From Dehalococcoidales bacterium (GTDB taxonomy: Bacteria > Chloroflexota > Dehalococcoidia > Dehalococcoidales > RBG-16-60-22): DNA of 34,404 bases. The notes beneath the pieces were generated by a model. That model was not told the DNA's origin. It searched no databases and saw only the letters and a program-made list of their open reading frames with translations. The position numbers and the translations under genes were made by a program. Shown piece by piece: positions 24,644 to 33,251 of the stretch. The first letter of the stretch is position 1. Every line of letters begins with the position of its first letter. Where the stretch lies: the NCBI GenBank assembly GCA_046760155.1, contig JBHIDQ010000002.1:1-34404 (forward strand), read 5' to 3'.

Positions 24644-24676
24644 AAATATCAGCTCCTGGGGACTACTTATTGCCAA

Positions 24677-26518
24677 TCAGGCGGCTTTTTCCATCCGGAA
24701 GAATTCCAGGATGTCACCGACTTGAAACTCACTGAAGTCTTTAATGCCGATACCGCACTCGTAGCCCGCGGCCACTTCTCTCACGTCATCCTTAAAACGC
24801 CTCAGACTACTAACCGTTGCTTCGTGTACTATTTCTTCCCCCCGCCGCACCCTAACTGAGGCATTACGACCTACTTTACCTTCAGTAACATAGACACCAG
24901 CCACCTGGGTCCCCTTAGCGGCCGGGAATATTGCCCGCACTTCAGCCTGTCCCTCAATAACCTCAACGTAAGAGGGCTTCAGCAAGCCTTTGAGTGCCTT
25001 GTCCACATCATCGATCAAGTTATAAATGACATTATAGTGACGGATGTCGATACCTTCCGTGTTAGCCAGTCGACGGGCGCCTTCCTCAGTGCTGACGCCA
25101 AAACCGATTACCAGTCCCTTTGAAGCCGTGGCTAACATAACATCACTCTCGGTAATATTGCCGGTACCACTATGGATGATTCTGACCTGAACTTCCTCGG
25201 TTGCCAAACGTTCTAGTGAACTTCTGATTGGTTCGAGACTACCTTGGACATCAGTCTTGAGAATAACATCAAGTCCTTTTACTTGTCCGGTGGTTATTTG
25301 GTCGTAAAGATTAGTCAGGCTCACTGCTCTGGGTGAGGTCTTTTCTTTTATCTCCAACTTATGTTTTTCGATTAAAGCCTGGGCTTGATGTTCATTGCTT
25401 ACTGTGGTTAGCGTATCCCCGACTTGAGGCACACTACTTAAGCCGAGAAGCTCAACCGGGGTGGCTGGCCCGACCTTCTTCATCTGCTTGCCAATATCGT
25501 TAAACATGGCTCTGACTCTGCCCCAGGTGGTACCAACAACTACGGTGTCACCAAGCTTTAAAGTTCCGTTATTAACCAATACCGTAGCTAACGGCCCTCT
25601 AGACCGGTCCATTTCGGCTTCGATAACCACTCCGGTGGCTGGTCCGGAAGGGTTGGCTTTTAGCTCCTCCACTTCCGCCACGACTAGTAGATTTTCCAGC
25701 AGCTCAGTGATACCTATCTTCTCTTTTGCCGAAATTGGCACACAGACGGTATCACCTCCCCATTCCTCAATAAGCAAGCCAGCGTCAGCTAGCTGTTGTT
25801 TCACCAGCTCAGGGTTGGCCTCAGGTTTATCAATTTTATTGATGGCAACGACGATGGGTACACCGGCCGCCCGAGCGTGGTCGATAGCTTCTTGAGTTTG
25901 GGGCATTACTCCATCATCGGCCGCCACCACCAAAATGGTGATGTCAGTTATCTGCGCACCATGGGCTCGCATTGCGGTAAAGGCCTCATGACCAGGGGTA
26001 TCCAAGAAAGTAATCTTTTGGTCATCGACGGTTACTTGATAGGCGCCAATATGTTGCGTAATGCCTCCGGCTTCGGTAGCCATGACGTTGGTTTGTCGGA
26101 TGGCATCAAGTAATCTCGTCTTGCCGTGATTAACATGTCCCATGACGGTAACTACCGGGGGTCGTGGCTGTAGATTACCGGTTGCCTCAACTTGCAGTTG
26201 CCGATGCTTCCTCATCTCACTAATGGCACTGGCTGACCTTTGCCCCGTCCGAGTCTGTGGGCGTGCTTCATAGCCATAAACAGCAGCGACTGCGGCGGCG
26301 GTTTCATAATCAATCACTTGGTTAATGTTAGCCATGATGCCATTTCTCATCAATTGTTTGATGATTTCAATGGCGCTAACCTGCAAAAGGTCAGCTAATT
26401 GCCTCACACTTGAGGAATGAGGCAGCTCAATCTGGCGTATCTCGGCCTTTGCTGGTTGGTCACTGGCCTCATCAGCTACGGGCTCCACAACGTCATCCGG
26501 CTTACTTACCTTGGCCAC
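24677..26518 (-). CDS. infB: translation initiation factor IF-2
   Basis: 613-aa ORF with G-domain motifs [16 protein letters not shown] and NKID, and conserved C-terminal domains. The GTG start overlaps the ylxR stop by 1 nt (TAGTG). Confidence 0.95.
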   Translation of the reverse strand: MAKVSKPDDVVEPVADEASDQPAKAEIRQIELPHSSSVRQLADLLQVSAIEIIKQLMRNGIMANINQVIDYETAAAVAAVYGYEARPQTRTGQRSASAISEMRKHRQLQVEATGNLQPRPPVVTVMGHVNHGKTRLLDAIRQTNVMATEAGGITQHIGAYQVTVDDQKITFLDTPGHEAFTAMRAHGAQITDITILVVAADDGVMPQTQEAIDHARAAGVPIVVAINKIDKPEANPELVKQQLADAGLLIEEWGGDTVCVPISAKEKIGITELLENLLVVAEVEELKANPSGPATGVVIEAEMDRSRGPLATVLVNNGTLKLGDTVVVGTTWGRVRAMFNDIGKQMKKVGPATPVELLGLSSVPQVGDTLTTVSNEHQAQALIEKHKLEIKEKTSPRAVSLTNLYDQITTGQVKGLDVILKTDVQGSLEPIRSSLERLATEEVQVRIIHSGTGNITESDVMLATASKGLVIGFGVSTEEGARRLANTEGIDIRHYNVIYNLIDDVDKALKGLLKPSYVEVIEGQAEVRAIFPAAKGTQVAGVYVTEGKVGRNASVRVRRGEEIVHEATVSSLRRFKDDVREVAAGYECGIGIKDFSEFQVGDILEFFRMEKAA

Positions 26519-26823
26519 TAGTTAGCTCCTTTTAGCAGGTCTTGGGCAGATTTGATAAGCTGTTCTCGATTTTCCTGGGTAAGGTGGCTGCGTAAAGCGT
26601 ATTCTAACCGATTGCCTTTTAACCCGGTCTCCCAGCACGCCCACACTGGACAGAGATAAGCACCACGTCCCTTTTTCTTCCGGCTAGTATCAATCTCTAT
26701 ATTACCATCAGGAGTATGTATCAGGCGAATTAATTCACGCTTGGCCTTTACCTGGCGACAACCCAAGCAGGTCCGCTGCGGTATATGCTTAATACGAATG
26801 GAACGGTGGCTAGTACTCTTCAT
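26518..26823 (-). CDS. ylxR: YlxR-family (DUF448) RNA-binding protein
   Basis: Contains [20 protein letters not shown]...GRGAYLC, the DUF448 signature, and sits between nusA and infB. ATG at 26823 overlaps the nusA 3' end by 14 nt. Confidence 0.8.
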   Translation of the reverse strand: MKSTSHRSIRIKHIPQRTCLGCRQVKAKRELIRLIHTPDGNIEIDTSRKKKGRGAYLCPVWACWETGLKGNRLEYALRSHLTQENREQLIKSAQDLLKGAN

Positions 26824-28246
26824 CTTCGTCAATAATTTCGGTGTCTCGGCGCCGTTTCTTAAGTCTGACGCTATCCTCAGCGCTTTCCTTGCTGAAGGCA
26901 CCCTTCTTTTTCTTCTTCTTGACTTTATCTCCCGGCTTAGCTGGTTTTGAAACCAAAATATCCTCAGCAAATCGAAGCTCAGGTTTCTCTTCGGTTAATT
27001 TGGGTTCAAAGAAAACTGGAGGTTGAGCAAATACTTCTTCTGGAGTTAGTGGCGGTTCAGCAGGCTGGGCGGTTTCCTCCTCCGGTGCCTCTGCTGATAT
27101 CGGAGCTGGTTCAGGAATAGGTGGCATTTCTGCCAGAGGTTCCTCGGCAACTACGGCCTCTTTTTCTCTTGCTTCTGCCTTGGCTAACGGTTTCGCTTCC
27201 GCCTTTTCTGCCTCAGCGATTGAAGCACTCTTAATGTCAATTCGCCATCCGGTTAATTTGGCAGCAAGCCTAGCATTCTGCCCTTCCTTGCCAATGGCAA
27301 GGGAAAGTTGTTTATCTGGAACGATTACCGTGGCTATTTTTTCTTCCTCGTTTAAGTCAACGCTTAATATCTGAGCCGGGCTAAGGGCGTTGGTAATAAA
27401 GGTAGCGGCATCTGGATTCCACATAATGACGTCTATCTTTTCCCCATTTAACTCATTGACAATATTCTGAATTCTGATACCACGCAGTCCAACACAGCAA
27501 CCAACCGGGTCAATACCTTCTTGGCGTGCCGCCACCGCTACCTTGCTCCGATAACCAGCTTCACGAGCAGTCGCTTTTATTTCTACAGTCCCGTTGTAAA
27601 CCTCAGGAACTTCTAATTCGAGGAGTCGGCGGAGTAAACAGGGATGAGAACGCGATACCACTACCCGAGGTCCTTTAGTGGTCCGCACCACCTGCAAAAT
27701 GCAAACTTTAAGACGCTGACCTACCCGGTACCTTTCGTTGCGCATCTGCTCTGGGGCCGGCAAGATTGCCTCAGTTCTGCCTAGGTCAACAAAGACTTGC
27801 CCGGGCTCAATACGCTGTACCAATCCGGTAATGACCTCTTCTTCCTTCTCCGTGTATTCCTCAAGAATGGCACTATGCTCGGCTTCATGAAGACGCTGCA
27901 AGATAACTTGTTTGGCGGTTTGCGCGGCAATGCGTCCGGCATTACGTGGCGTCGCTTCTACCATGATGATATCGTCAATCTGGGCGTCTGATTTGAATTT
28001 GCGTGCTTCGTCTGGCGATATCTCAAGACGACTATCGGAGGGCCGTTCGACGACCGTTTTCTCCGCCCATACTTCCACCCGACCACTATTAGGATTAATC
28101 TTAACTGAAATATTCTGGTTCGGGGCAAAATTATCCTTCCGATAGGCAGACACCAGCGCTGCTTCTACCGCCGAGAGAACCACTTCCTTAGGCAGGTTCT
28201 TCTCCGCCGAGAGTTGAGTGATCGCCAGCAGAAAATCACTCTTCAT
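26810..28246 (-). CDS. nusA: transcription termination/antitermination factor NusA with a long low-complexity C-terminal tail
   Basis: 478-aa ORF with an N-terminal NusA domain, an S1 domain, and two KH domains ([40 protein letters not shown]). These are followed by about 130 aa rich in Glu, Ala, Pro and Lys. Confidence 0.92.
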   Translation of the reverse strand: MKSDFLLAITQLSAEKNLPKEVVLSAVEAALVSAYRKDNFAPNQNISVKINPNSGRVEVWAEKTVVERPSDSRLEISPDEARKFKSDAQIDDIIMVEATPRNAGRIAAQTAKQVILQRLHEAEHSAILEEYTEKEEEVITGLVQRIEPGQVFVDLGRTEAILPAPEQMRNERYRVGQRLKVCILQVVRTTKGPRVVVSRSHPCLLRRLLELEVPEVYNGTVEIKATAREAGYRSKVAVAARQEGIDPVGCCVGLRGIRIQNIVNELNGEKIDVIMWNPDAATFITNALSPAQILSVDLNEEEKIATVIVPDKQLSLAIGKEGQNARLAAKLTGWRIDIKSASIAEAEKAEAKPLAKAEAREKEAVVAEEPLAEMPPIPEPAPISAEAPEEETAQPAEPPLTPEEVFAQPPVFFEPKLTEEKPELRFAEDILVSKPAKPGDKVKKKKKKGAFSKESAEDSVRLKKRRRDTEIIDEDEEY

Positions 28247-28278
28247 TTCCGATTAAAGCTCTCCAATATTACATAATT

Positions 28279-28303
28279 AAAAAAGTGGGGATGAAACCCA
28301 CTT
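28279..28303 (-). terminator. intrinsic-terminator-like hairpin between yggS and nusA (yggS terminator and/or nusA leader attenuator)
   Basis: The minus strand reads AAGTGGG-TTTCATC-CCCACTT running into a T6 tract. It lies 33 nt upstream of the nusA ATG and downstream of a predicted promoter. Confidence 0.55.
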
Positions 28304-28328
28304 AGTTAGTTAACTATCGTGCTGCTAA

Positions 28329-28357
28329 AGTATAACATGCTTAAGACAAAAATACAA
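28329..28357 (-). promoter_or_regulatory. sigma70-like promoter upstream of nusA (TTGTAT-17 nt-TATACT)
   Basis: On the minus strand, -35 TTGTAT (28357-28352), a 17-nt spacer, and -10 TATACT (28334-28329). It lies between the yggS stop and the leader hairpin. Confidence 0.4.
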
Positions 28358-28366
28358 GCCTCAGTA

Positions 28367-29032
28367 TCAAATCTTCTCGTCTCTTTCGCCAAAAATCTTA
28401 GTGCCGATTCGCACGATATTGGCGCCTTCCTCGGGCGCGATTTGATAAGAGTTGGTCATTCCCATGGAGAGATACTTCATCTCGGTATTGGGGAGATCAA
28501 GTTTTTTCATTTCCTCAAATAGTCTTTTCATGGCCACGAAATAAGGCCTCGAATCTTCTGGATCTGGAGAAAGAGGTCCCATCGTCATCAACCCCATTAA
28601 TCTGATGTTGGGCAAAGTGGAAATATCTCTAGCTAGTTGTTCGGTATTTTCGGGGAGTACGCCTGATTTTTGTTCTTCTCGACCAATATTTACCTCAATC
28701 AAAACTGACATTACTTTACCAATCTGCGCACATCTTTTGTCAATCTCTTTAGCGAGTTCAAAAGAATCCACGGTTTCGATCATATCAAATATTTTTACCG
28801 CTTTTTTCACCTTATTCTTTTGCAAGTATCCGATGAAATGCCATTTTGCTTTATTGCCGATTACCTCATAGGCTCTTTCCGCTTCTTGGACATAGTTTTG
28901 GCCGACAATTTTTATCCCGGCTTCAATTGCCTCTAGGATTTCCTCCGGTTTTCTGGTTTTGGCGGCGGCAACTAATTGGACTCCTTCCGGCAATTCACTT
29001 AATATTTGACTCACATTCTGTTTAATCGTCAT
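28367..29032 (-). CDS. yggS: YggS-family pyridoxal-phosphate homeostasis protein
   Basis: 221-aa ORF with LVAAAKT (PLP-Lys), HFIGYLQKNK, and LSMGMTNSYQIAPEEGANIVRIGTKIFG, all typical YggS blocks. Confidence 0.88.
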   Translation of the reverse strand: MTIKQNVSQILSELPEGVQLVAAAKTRKPEEILEAIEAGIKIVGQNYVQEAERAYEVIGNKAKWHFIGYLQKNKVKKAVKIFDMIETVDSFELAKEIDKRCAQIGKVMSVLIEVNIGREEQKSGVLPENTEQLARDISTLPNIRLMGLMTMGPLSPDPEDSRPYFVAMKRLFEEMKKLDLPNTEMKYLSMGMTNSYQIAPEEGANIVRIGTKIFGERDEKI

Positions 29033-29097
29033 GAGTAACTCAGTCCTTAAGCATCAGTGAAAGATGCTCAACATTTGGCAAGGCAAGGCCTTTTAGT

Positions 29098-29409
29098 TCA
29101 TTCGCCAACGGCTTCTTTTATGGATTTCTGGCGTTCTTCGTGCCAAGTCTCTATTCCTTTTTCATATTCTCCATAGACTTCTTTCAGTTGTTCGTTATAG
29201 GCTTTTATAACTTCCTGCTGATAGGCTTCTCGTTGCTCTCGATAGGCTTTTAACTGCTCCTGATATTCTCGATAAGCTTTTAACTGCGCCTCGTAGGCTT
29301 CTTGCTCAGCGCTTTTTCCCGTCCCAAGGGCCTCGAGGAGTTCGCAAGACGTGAGAACGGGCAGAACAGCTAATAGCACTGCTAATAAAAAAGTTTGCCA
29401 TATTTTCAT
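29098..29409 (-). CDS. small putative lipoprotein with coiled-coil decapeptide repeats
   Basis: 103-aa ORF with a signal peptide and lipobox (LPVLTSC), then repeats QLKAYREYQE/QLKAYREQRE encoded by a 30-nt DNA repeat (29238-29257 and 29268-29287). GGAGGA RBS. Confidence 0.6.
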   Translation of the reverse strand: MKIWQTFLLAVLLAVLPVLTSCELLEALGTGKSAEQEAYEAQLKAYREYQEQLKAYREQREAYQQEVIKAYNEQLKEVYGEYEKGIETWHEERQKSIKEAVGE

Positions 29410-29526
29410 TTTATCCTCCTGTTAGCTCATTAACTTCTTCAGGCAATATTTTATATCATTTAAGTCCAATTATCTAGAAAGGTTTTACTCCTTATTAGCG
29501 TTCAAATTATAGTTCTCCATTGCGCC

Positions 29527-29556
29527 TTGAGAATAGGATGATTAAAATGCTATAGT
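29527..29556 (+). promoter_or_regulatory. sigma70-like promoter for tRNA-Leu (TTGAGA-18 nt-TATAGT)
   Basis: -35 TTGAGA at 29527-29532, an 18-nt spacer, and -10 TATAGT at 29551-29556, about 63 nt upstream of the tRNA 5' end. Confidence 0.4.
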
Positions 29557-29619
29557 ATCACAAAGTAATCGTCTTGTTTTTACCAAACCAAGGAGAGACT
29601 TTATTTACCATTTGTCTCC

Positions 29620-29701
29620 GGGGAAGTGCCGGAACTGGCAGACGGGCCAGACTTAGGATCTGGTGTCGCAAGACGTGGGGGTTCGAGTCCCCCCTTCCCC
29701 A
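29620..29701 (+). tRNA. tRNA-Leu (anticodon UAG), type II with long variable arm
   Basis: GGGGAAG acceptor pairs with CUUCCCC. Anticodon arm is CCAGA-CUUAGGA-UCUGG (UAG), the variable arm is UGUCGCAAGACGU, and the T-arm is GGGGG-UUCGAGU-CCCCC. Discriminator is A and CCA is not encoded. Confidence 0.9.
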
Positions 29702-29767
29702 CTTTTGGTAACAGCTTCCGAACCACGCAAGGGTGAAAGTGGCTCCTGAAGTGGATGGAAACAAGGA

Positions 29768-31420
29768 TTATTGGGTGGTACTAGTAGTGAAAGGGGAGGT
29801 ATCTATAGAGAAACTACTCCACGACTTTGCTTTAACCATTCTGATGGGGGTAGTAATAAACCCCCTTCTTTTTAGTTTCTCAGTGGTTATTAGCAGAGCT
29901 TCGGCATCATGATTCCATCGAGATATCAAAATTACTGTCAACGGGGATGCGGTATGGTCGGTAGCTGATGAAAGGGCAAGAGTTGCCGGGTGGTTTTTAG
30001 CTGCTTTCTCCATAGCCCTGAATTCAAAGTTGAGTATGTTGAGTAGGCGCTGGGCTGGCTCTGATGTGGTCTGTTTGAGTTGAACAATATCTCGTCTGAG
30101 TTGGCTGATGTTTGGCATTTGCAGGAACCGATGCGTAAATTCCACTGCGGTAATGTCCTTCACTAAGGAAAGCGCCTGTTTGAGTGCTTCCTCAGGGTCA
30201 ACGGTAGTCGTAGCCAAGACAACTCTCTGGTGATCATAAGCTGCCAGTGCAGTGGGTACGTTCTCTTGGGCCAAGGTCAACACTGCGGTAATCAAATCGA
30301 AAGCTAGTTCGTCAGCCTCCTCAGCATTCAAAACCGAGAGATTAACACCGACTACTACTGCCTTTCCAGCAATCTCGGTAAATTCCTTTACAATTAACTT
30401 GTTTAGTTTCCGGGTATGTTTCCAGTCTATGTTCTTCAGTTGATCACCAGGCTGGTAGTTTCGACTGTCGAAATACTCTATACCCCTCTTCGGCAGTACC
30501 ATAGATTTAAGTGGTGGCGTGGCAGTTACGGTTGCCACGGCGCCTGTCTGCTCCAAATATTTCATTGCCAACCACTCAGCGTACTTTGCCCTCGGGATGA
30601 CATGCAGCTCAACCGGCTCAAGTTGCTGGTTTACCTGGATGAAGCCCCAAGGGTCCATACATGATACTTGAAGCTGAGGGTGTGACGGCCCAGCCAGTGG
30701 AGGAGTAATATCGAGATTTATTTCTAGCCTATTTCGATACAGGGCGAATTTATTAGGTGTGACCTTAACCCATGGGTCAACCGGATTAAGCAGACCCTGT
30801 AGCTTTACAGACGCTTTGCTGCTAGCAGTTACTACGACATCAACAGTCATACCAGCAACAGTCCTTTTCAGTAAGGAAGAAACATTAAGAGGTAACCGGG
30901 GAATGGCAAGAAATACTCGTATCAGGATGGCCAGTAAATACAGGGCAAATATGATGCCAGTAAACAGCAAGGTGAGATTATCAAGGATAAATGATACTAC
31001 TATTATGGTCAGTACCGAGATGAATAGAGTCTTGGCAATAATGGTGATACGTCGTCCTCTTGGACTTCCTCTGAGAAACTCCATCATGTTCGGTGTATTT
31101 TGCCTCAGGTGATAATCCAGGAGGTATATAAGGGGAAGGATAGATATTGCCGTCATAATTTGCGCGGCTCTTGGCGACACTCCCGTGGCATAGGTGAGAT
31201 AGTCTGAAGGTAGTTGCAATACCAGCGGCACGAGAAATATAGCCATTATAGTGATAACCGCATTGAGTTTTGGCCGCAGGGGACGCCAGGTGATTAATAG
31301 CATCACCAGTAGCAAGGCTAAAGCCAGCAGGGAATAAGGTAGTGCTAGCAGGAAAGTTGCTGCCAGTAGCACAAACAGCACGTATATCTGGCATAATAAT
31401 CTGGGTGATAATTTATTCAT
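29768..31420 (-). CDS. DUF58-domain protein with a large polytopic N-terminal membrane domain
   Basis: 550-aa ORF with 5 or more hydrophobic helices in the first ~180 aa and the DUF58 signature DSRNYQPGDQLKNIDWKHTRKLNKLIVKEF. The ATG overlaps the MoxR stop (ATGA). Confidence 0.75.
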   Translation of the reverse strand: MNKLSPRLLCQIYVLFVLLAATFLLALPYSLLALALLLVMLLITWRPLRPKLNAVITIMAIFLVPLVLQLPSDYLTYATGVSPRAAQIMTAISILPLIYLLDYHLRQNTPNMMEFLRGSPRGRRITIIAKTLFISVLTIIVVSFILDNLTLLFTGIIFALYLLAILIRVFLAIPRLPLNVSSLLKRTVAGMTVDVVVTASSKASVKLQGLLNPVDPWVKVTPNKFALYRNRLEINLDITPPLAGPSHPQLQVSCMDPWGFIQVNQQLEPVELHVIPRAKYAEWLAMKYLEQTGAVATVTATPPLKSMVLPKRGIEYFDSRNYQPGDQLKNIDWKHTRKLNKLIVKEFTEIAGKAVVVGVNLSVLNAEEADELAFDLITAVLTLAQENVPTALAAYDHQRVVLATTTVDPEEALKQALSLVKDITAVEFTHRFLQMPNISQLRRDIVQLKQTTSEPAQRLLNILNFEFRAMEKAAKNHPATLALSSATDHTASPLTVILISRWNHDAEALLITTEKLKRRGFITTPIRMVKAKSWSSFSIDTSPFTTSTTQ

Positions 31421-32367
31421 GACTCTATTTTTGGCACCGGGACCTCAGACACTGTCTGGTTGATGATGGCTTCGGGAGTAACGTCCTCCATTTCGGCTTC
31501 GGCACTAATTTTGATTCGGTGGGAAAGAGCTGGAATTAGTAGCCTCTTCACATCATCGGGGATGACGAAGTCTCTTTCTTGGATAAGAGCGAGCGCCCTT
31601 GACCCTCTAAACAGGGCTATGCTACCCCGAGGACCAGGAGCAATCATTACATCTTGTTGGTGGCGTAGATTATCAAGAAGACTAATAATGTAGTCGCTGA
31701 TGCTGTCGGCAACATATACTTCCCTGGTTTCCTGTTGAAGTCGGAAAATCTCCTTTGGTGTAGCTACCGATGAGATATCTGGCTCTGAGATAGCATCGAT
31801 ATTCCGCAGAATCTGCGTTTCCTCTTCCTTTTCGGGGAAACCACACCATATTCGGAACATAAATCGGTCTACCTGAACCTCAGTAAGAGGAGAGGTCCCA
31901 AGGCTACCATAAGGTAATTGGCTTGCGATAACAATAAAAGGCGGTTCTAAGGGGTGAGTTTCTCGCTCAATAGTGACCTGGTGCTCTTGCATAGCCTCAA
32001 GTAGTGCGGCTTGGGTGCGTGGGGTAGTTCGGTTCAACTCATCAGCGAGAACCACATTAGCAAATACGGGTCCGGGTATAAATTGGGAACTGCCATCAGG
32101 CTGATAGAGATAGAAACCAAGGATATCGGCCGGCAGCATATCCGGAGTACCCTGCACCCTCTTGAATTTACCACCAATGACACGGGCAAAGGTGCGCGCG
32201 AGGGTAGTTTTGGCAGTACCAGGTAGCCCCTCAAGGAGCACATGCCCCTGACTTAATAGGGCTATCAGCAAGAGTTCCTTTATCTCATCTTTACCGATTA
32301 TCACCTTGGATACTTCAGCGGTAATATTACTTAGTATTTCGTATCTCTTATCCGACTTTGCCGTCAA
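31417..32367 (-). CDS. MoxR-family AAA+ ATPase
   Basis: 316-aa ORF with Walker A GLPGTAKT, Walker B VVLADELNR, and ALLEAMQEHQVTI (sensor region), typical of MoxR. The TTG start overlaps the upstream stop (TTGA). Confidence 0.88.
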   Translation of the reverse strand: MTAKSDKRYEILSNITAEVSKVIIGKDEIKELLLIALLSQGHVLLEGLPGTAKTTLARTFARVIGGKFKRVQGTPDMLPADILGFYLYQPDGSSQFIPGPVFANVVLADELNRTTPRTQAALLEAMQEHQVTIERETHPLEPPFIVIASQLPYGSLGTSPLTEVQVDRFMFRIWCGFPEKEEETQILRNIDAISEPDISSVATPKEIFRLQQETREVYVADSISDYIISLLDNLRHQQDVMIAPGPRGSIALFRGSRALALIQERDFVIPDDVKRLLIPALSHRIKISAEAEMEDVTPEAIINQTVSEVPVPKIES

Positions 32368-33251
32368 TGTCGTCTCCTTTCATGCCATAAAGGCATCAGT
32401 GTTATAGTCAATGTCAGTATCACCAATCCTAGTGTTCCCAATGGAGTGACGAGAGAACTACGGATGTAAGCCAGGAGATTCTTTGTTTGGTGAAGGTTTG
32501 ATGGCGGCAAATGCGACTGGTCAATGAGAAGATTGGATTTAGTGATAGCAGCCATGTTTTGTATGAATTGGTCATTACTTGCCATCGTCTCCATACTATT
32601 GATAAATAGGCTGGGGTCAGAAATGAGTATTATCTCACCGTTGCCCAGATCATGGTGGGAGATTACTGGCAGTGGACCGGTAGGCTCACCTTCCTGCCAT
32701 ATCTGGTCACCATTCAAGTCGAGGAAACTGAATGATGAGGACAGAGCAAGGGCTTCAGCAGCGTTAACATCGGTAAGACAAGTGGCATGATTTAAGATTA
32801 GACTGTCAATTTGGTCAGTAAACGGACTAAATTTGAGACGGGAAATCTGTGGAAACCGCTCATTCTTATAATTAGATAATGGGTCAAGAAGTGACTGTCC
32901 CGAGAATCTTGCCCTGAGTCCAAGATATTGCAGGATTTGGTTACCGTAGCCATAGTCATCCGCCAAAACTAGAGTCCCACCCCGGTCAATAAAGCTATCT
33001 AGCGCCTCAAGTTCGGCAGGGTTAAATTGAAGGTAGGGAATGAGGATAAGGGTCGACCCTTGAGATGAAGAGGGGAGATCGGACAGTGATTCCACGGCTA
33101 AAACTGGGTAACTAGAGCTAATATCGTTAATGCCGTTCCAGAACGGGTTCTCAGTTCGAAAGTCCTCGTCTGACGGAAAGAACCACACTACTATAGCTAG
33201 TATGACGACCAGTGCTAGGGTTAGGCCCATTAGAAATCTACGCAAATCCAC
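32364..33251 (-). CDS. DUF4350-like bitopic membrane protein
   Basis: 295-aa ORF with N- and C-terminal TM helices flanking a ~230-aa domain (GGTLVLADDYGYGN..., GEIILISDPSLFIN) resembling DUF4350, as found in MoxR/DUF58 operons. Recognised from memory. GTG start. Confidence 0.5.
   Translation of the reverse strand: MDLRRFLMGLTLALVVILAIVVWFFPSDEDFRTENPFWNGINDISSSYPVLAVESLSDLPSSSQGSTLILIPYLQFNPAELEALDSFIDRGGTLVLADDYGYGNQILQYLGLRARFSGQSLLDPLSNYKNERFPQISRLKFSPFTDQIDSLILNHATCLTDVNAAEALALSSSFSFLDLNGDQIWQEGEPTGPLPVISHHDLGNGEIILISDPSLFINSMETMASNDQFIQNMAAITKSNLLIDQSHLPPSNLHQTKNLLAYIRSSLVTPLGTLGLVILTLTITLMPLWHERRRH

Noticed and set aside
24644-24676. 11-codon N-terminal extension of rbfA (ORF-track start 24676)
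   Set aside because: AGGAG lies 9 nt upstream of the internal ATG at 24643, canonical RbfA begins MSHRIERV, and the longer start would abut the infB stop with no RBS.
26824-26970. N-terminal 49 codons of the 150-aa ylxR ORF
   Set aside because: This part is an alternative-frame reading of the Lys/Glu-rich nusA tail. The DUF448 core begins after the internal ATG at 26823, so I used the shorter start.
29558-29764. 68-aa minus-strand ORF from the ORF track
   Set aside because: It lies antisense across a well-formed tRNA-Leu(UAG) at 29620-29701, has no RBS and no recognisable protein features. It is a shadow ORF.
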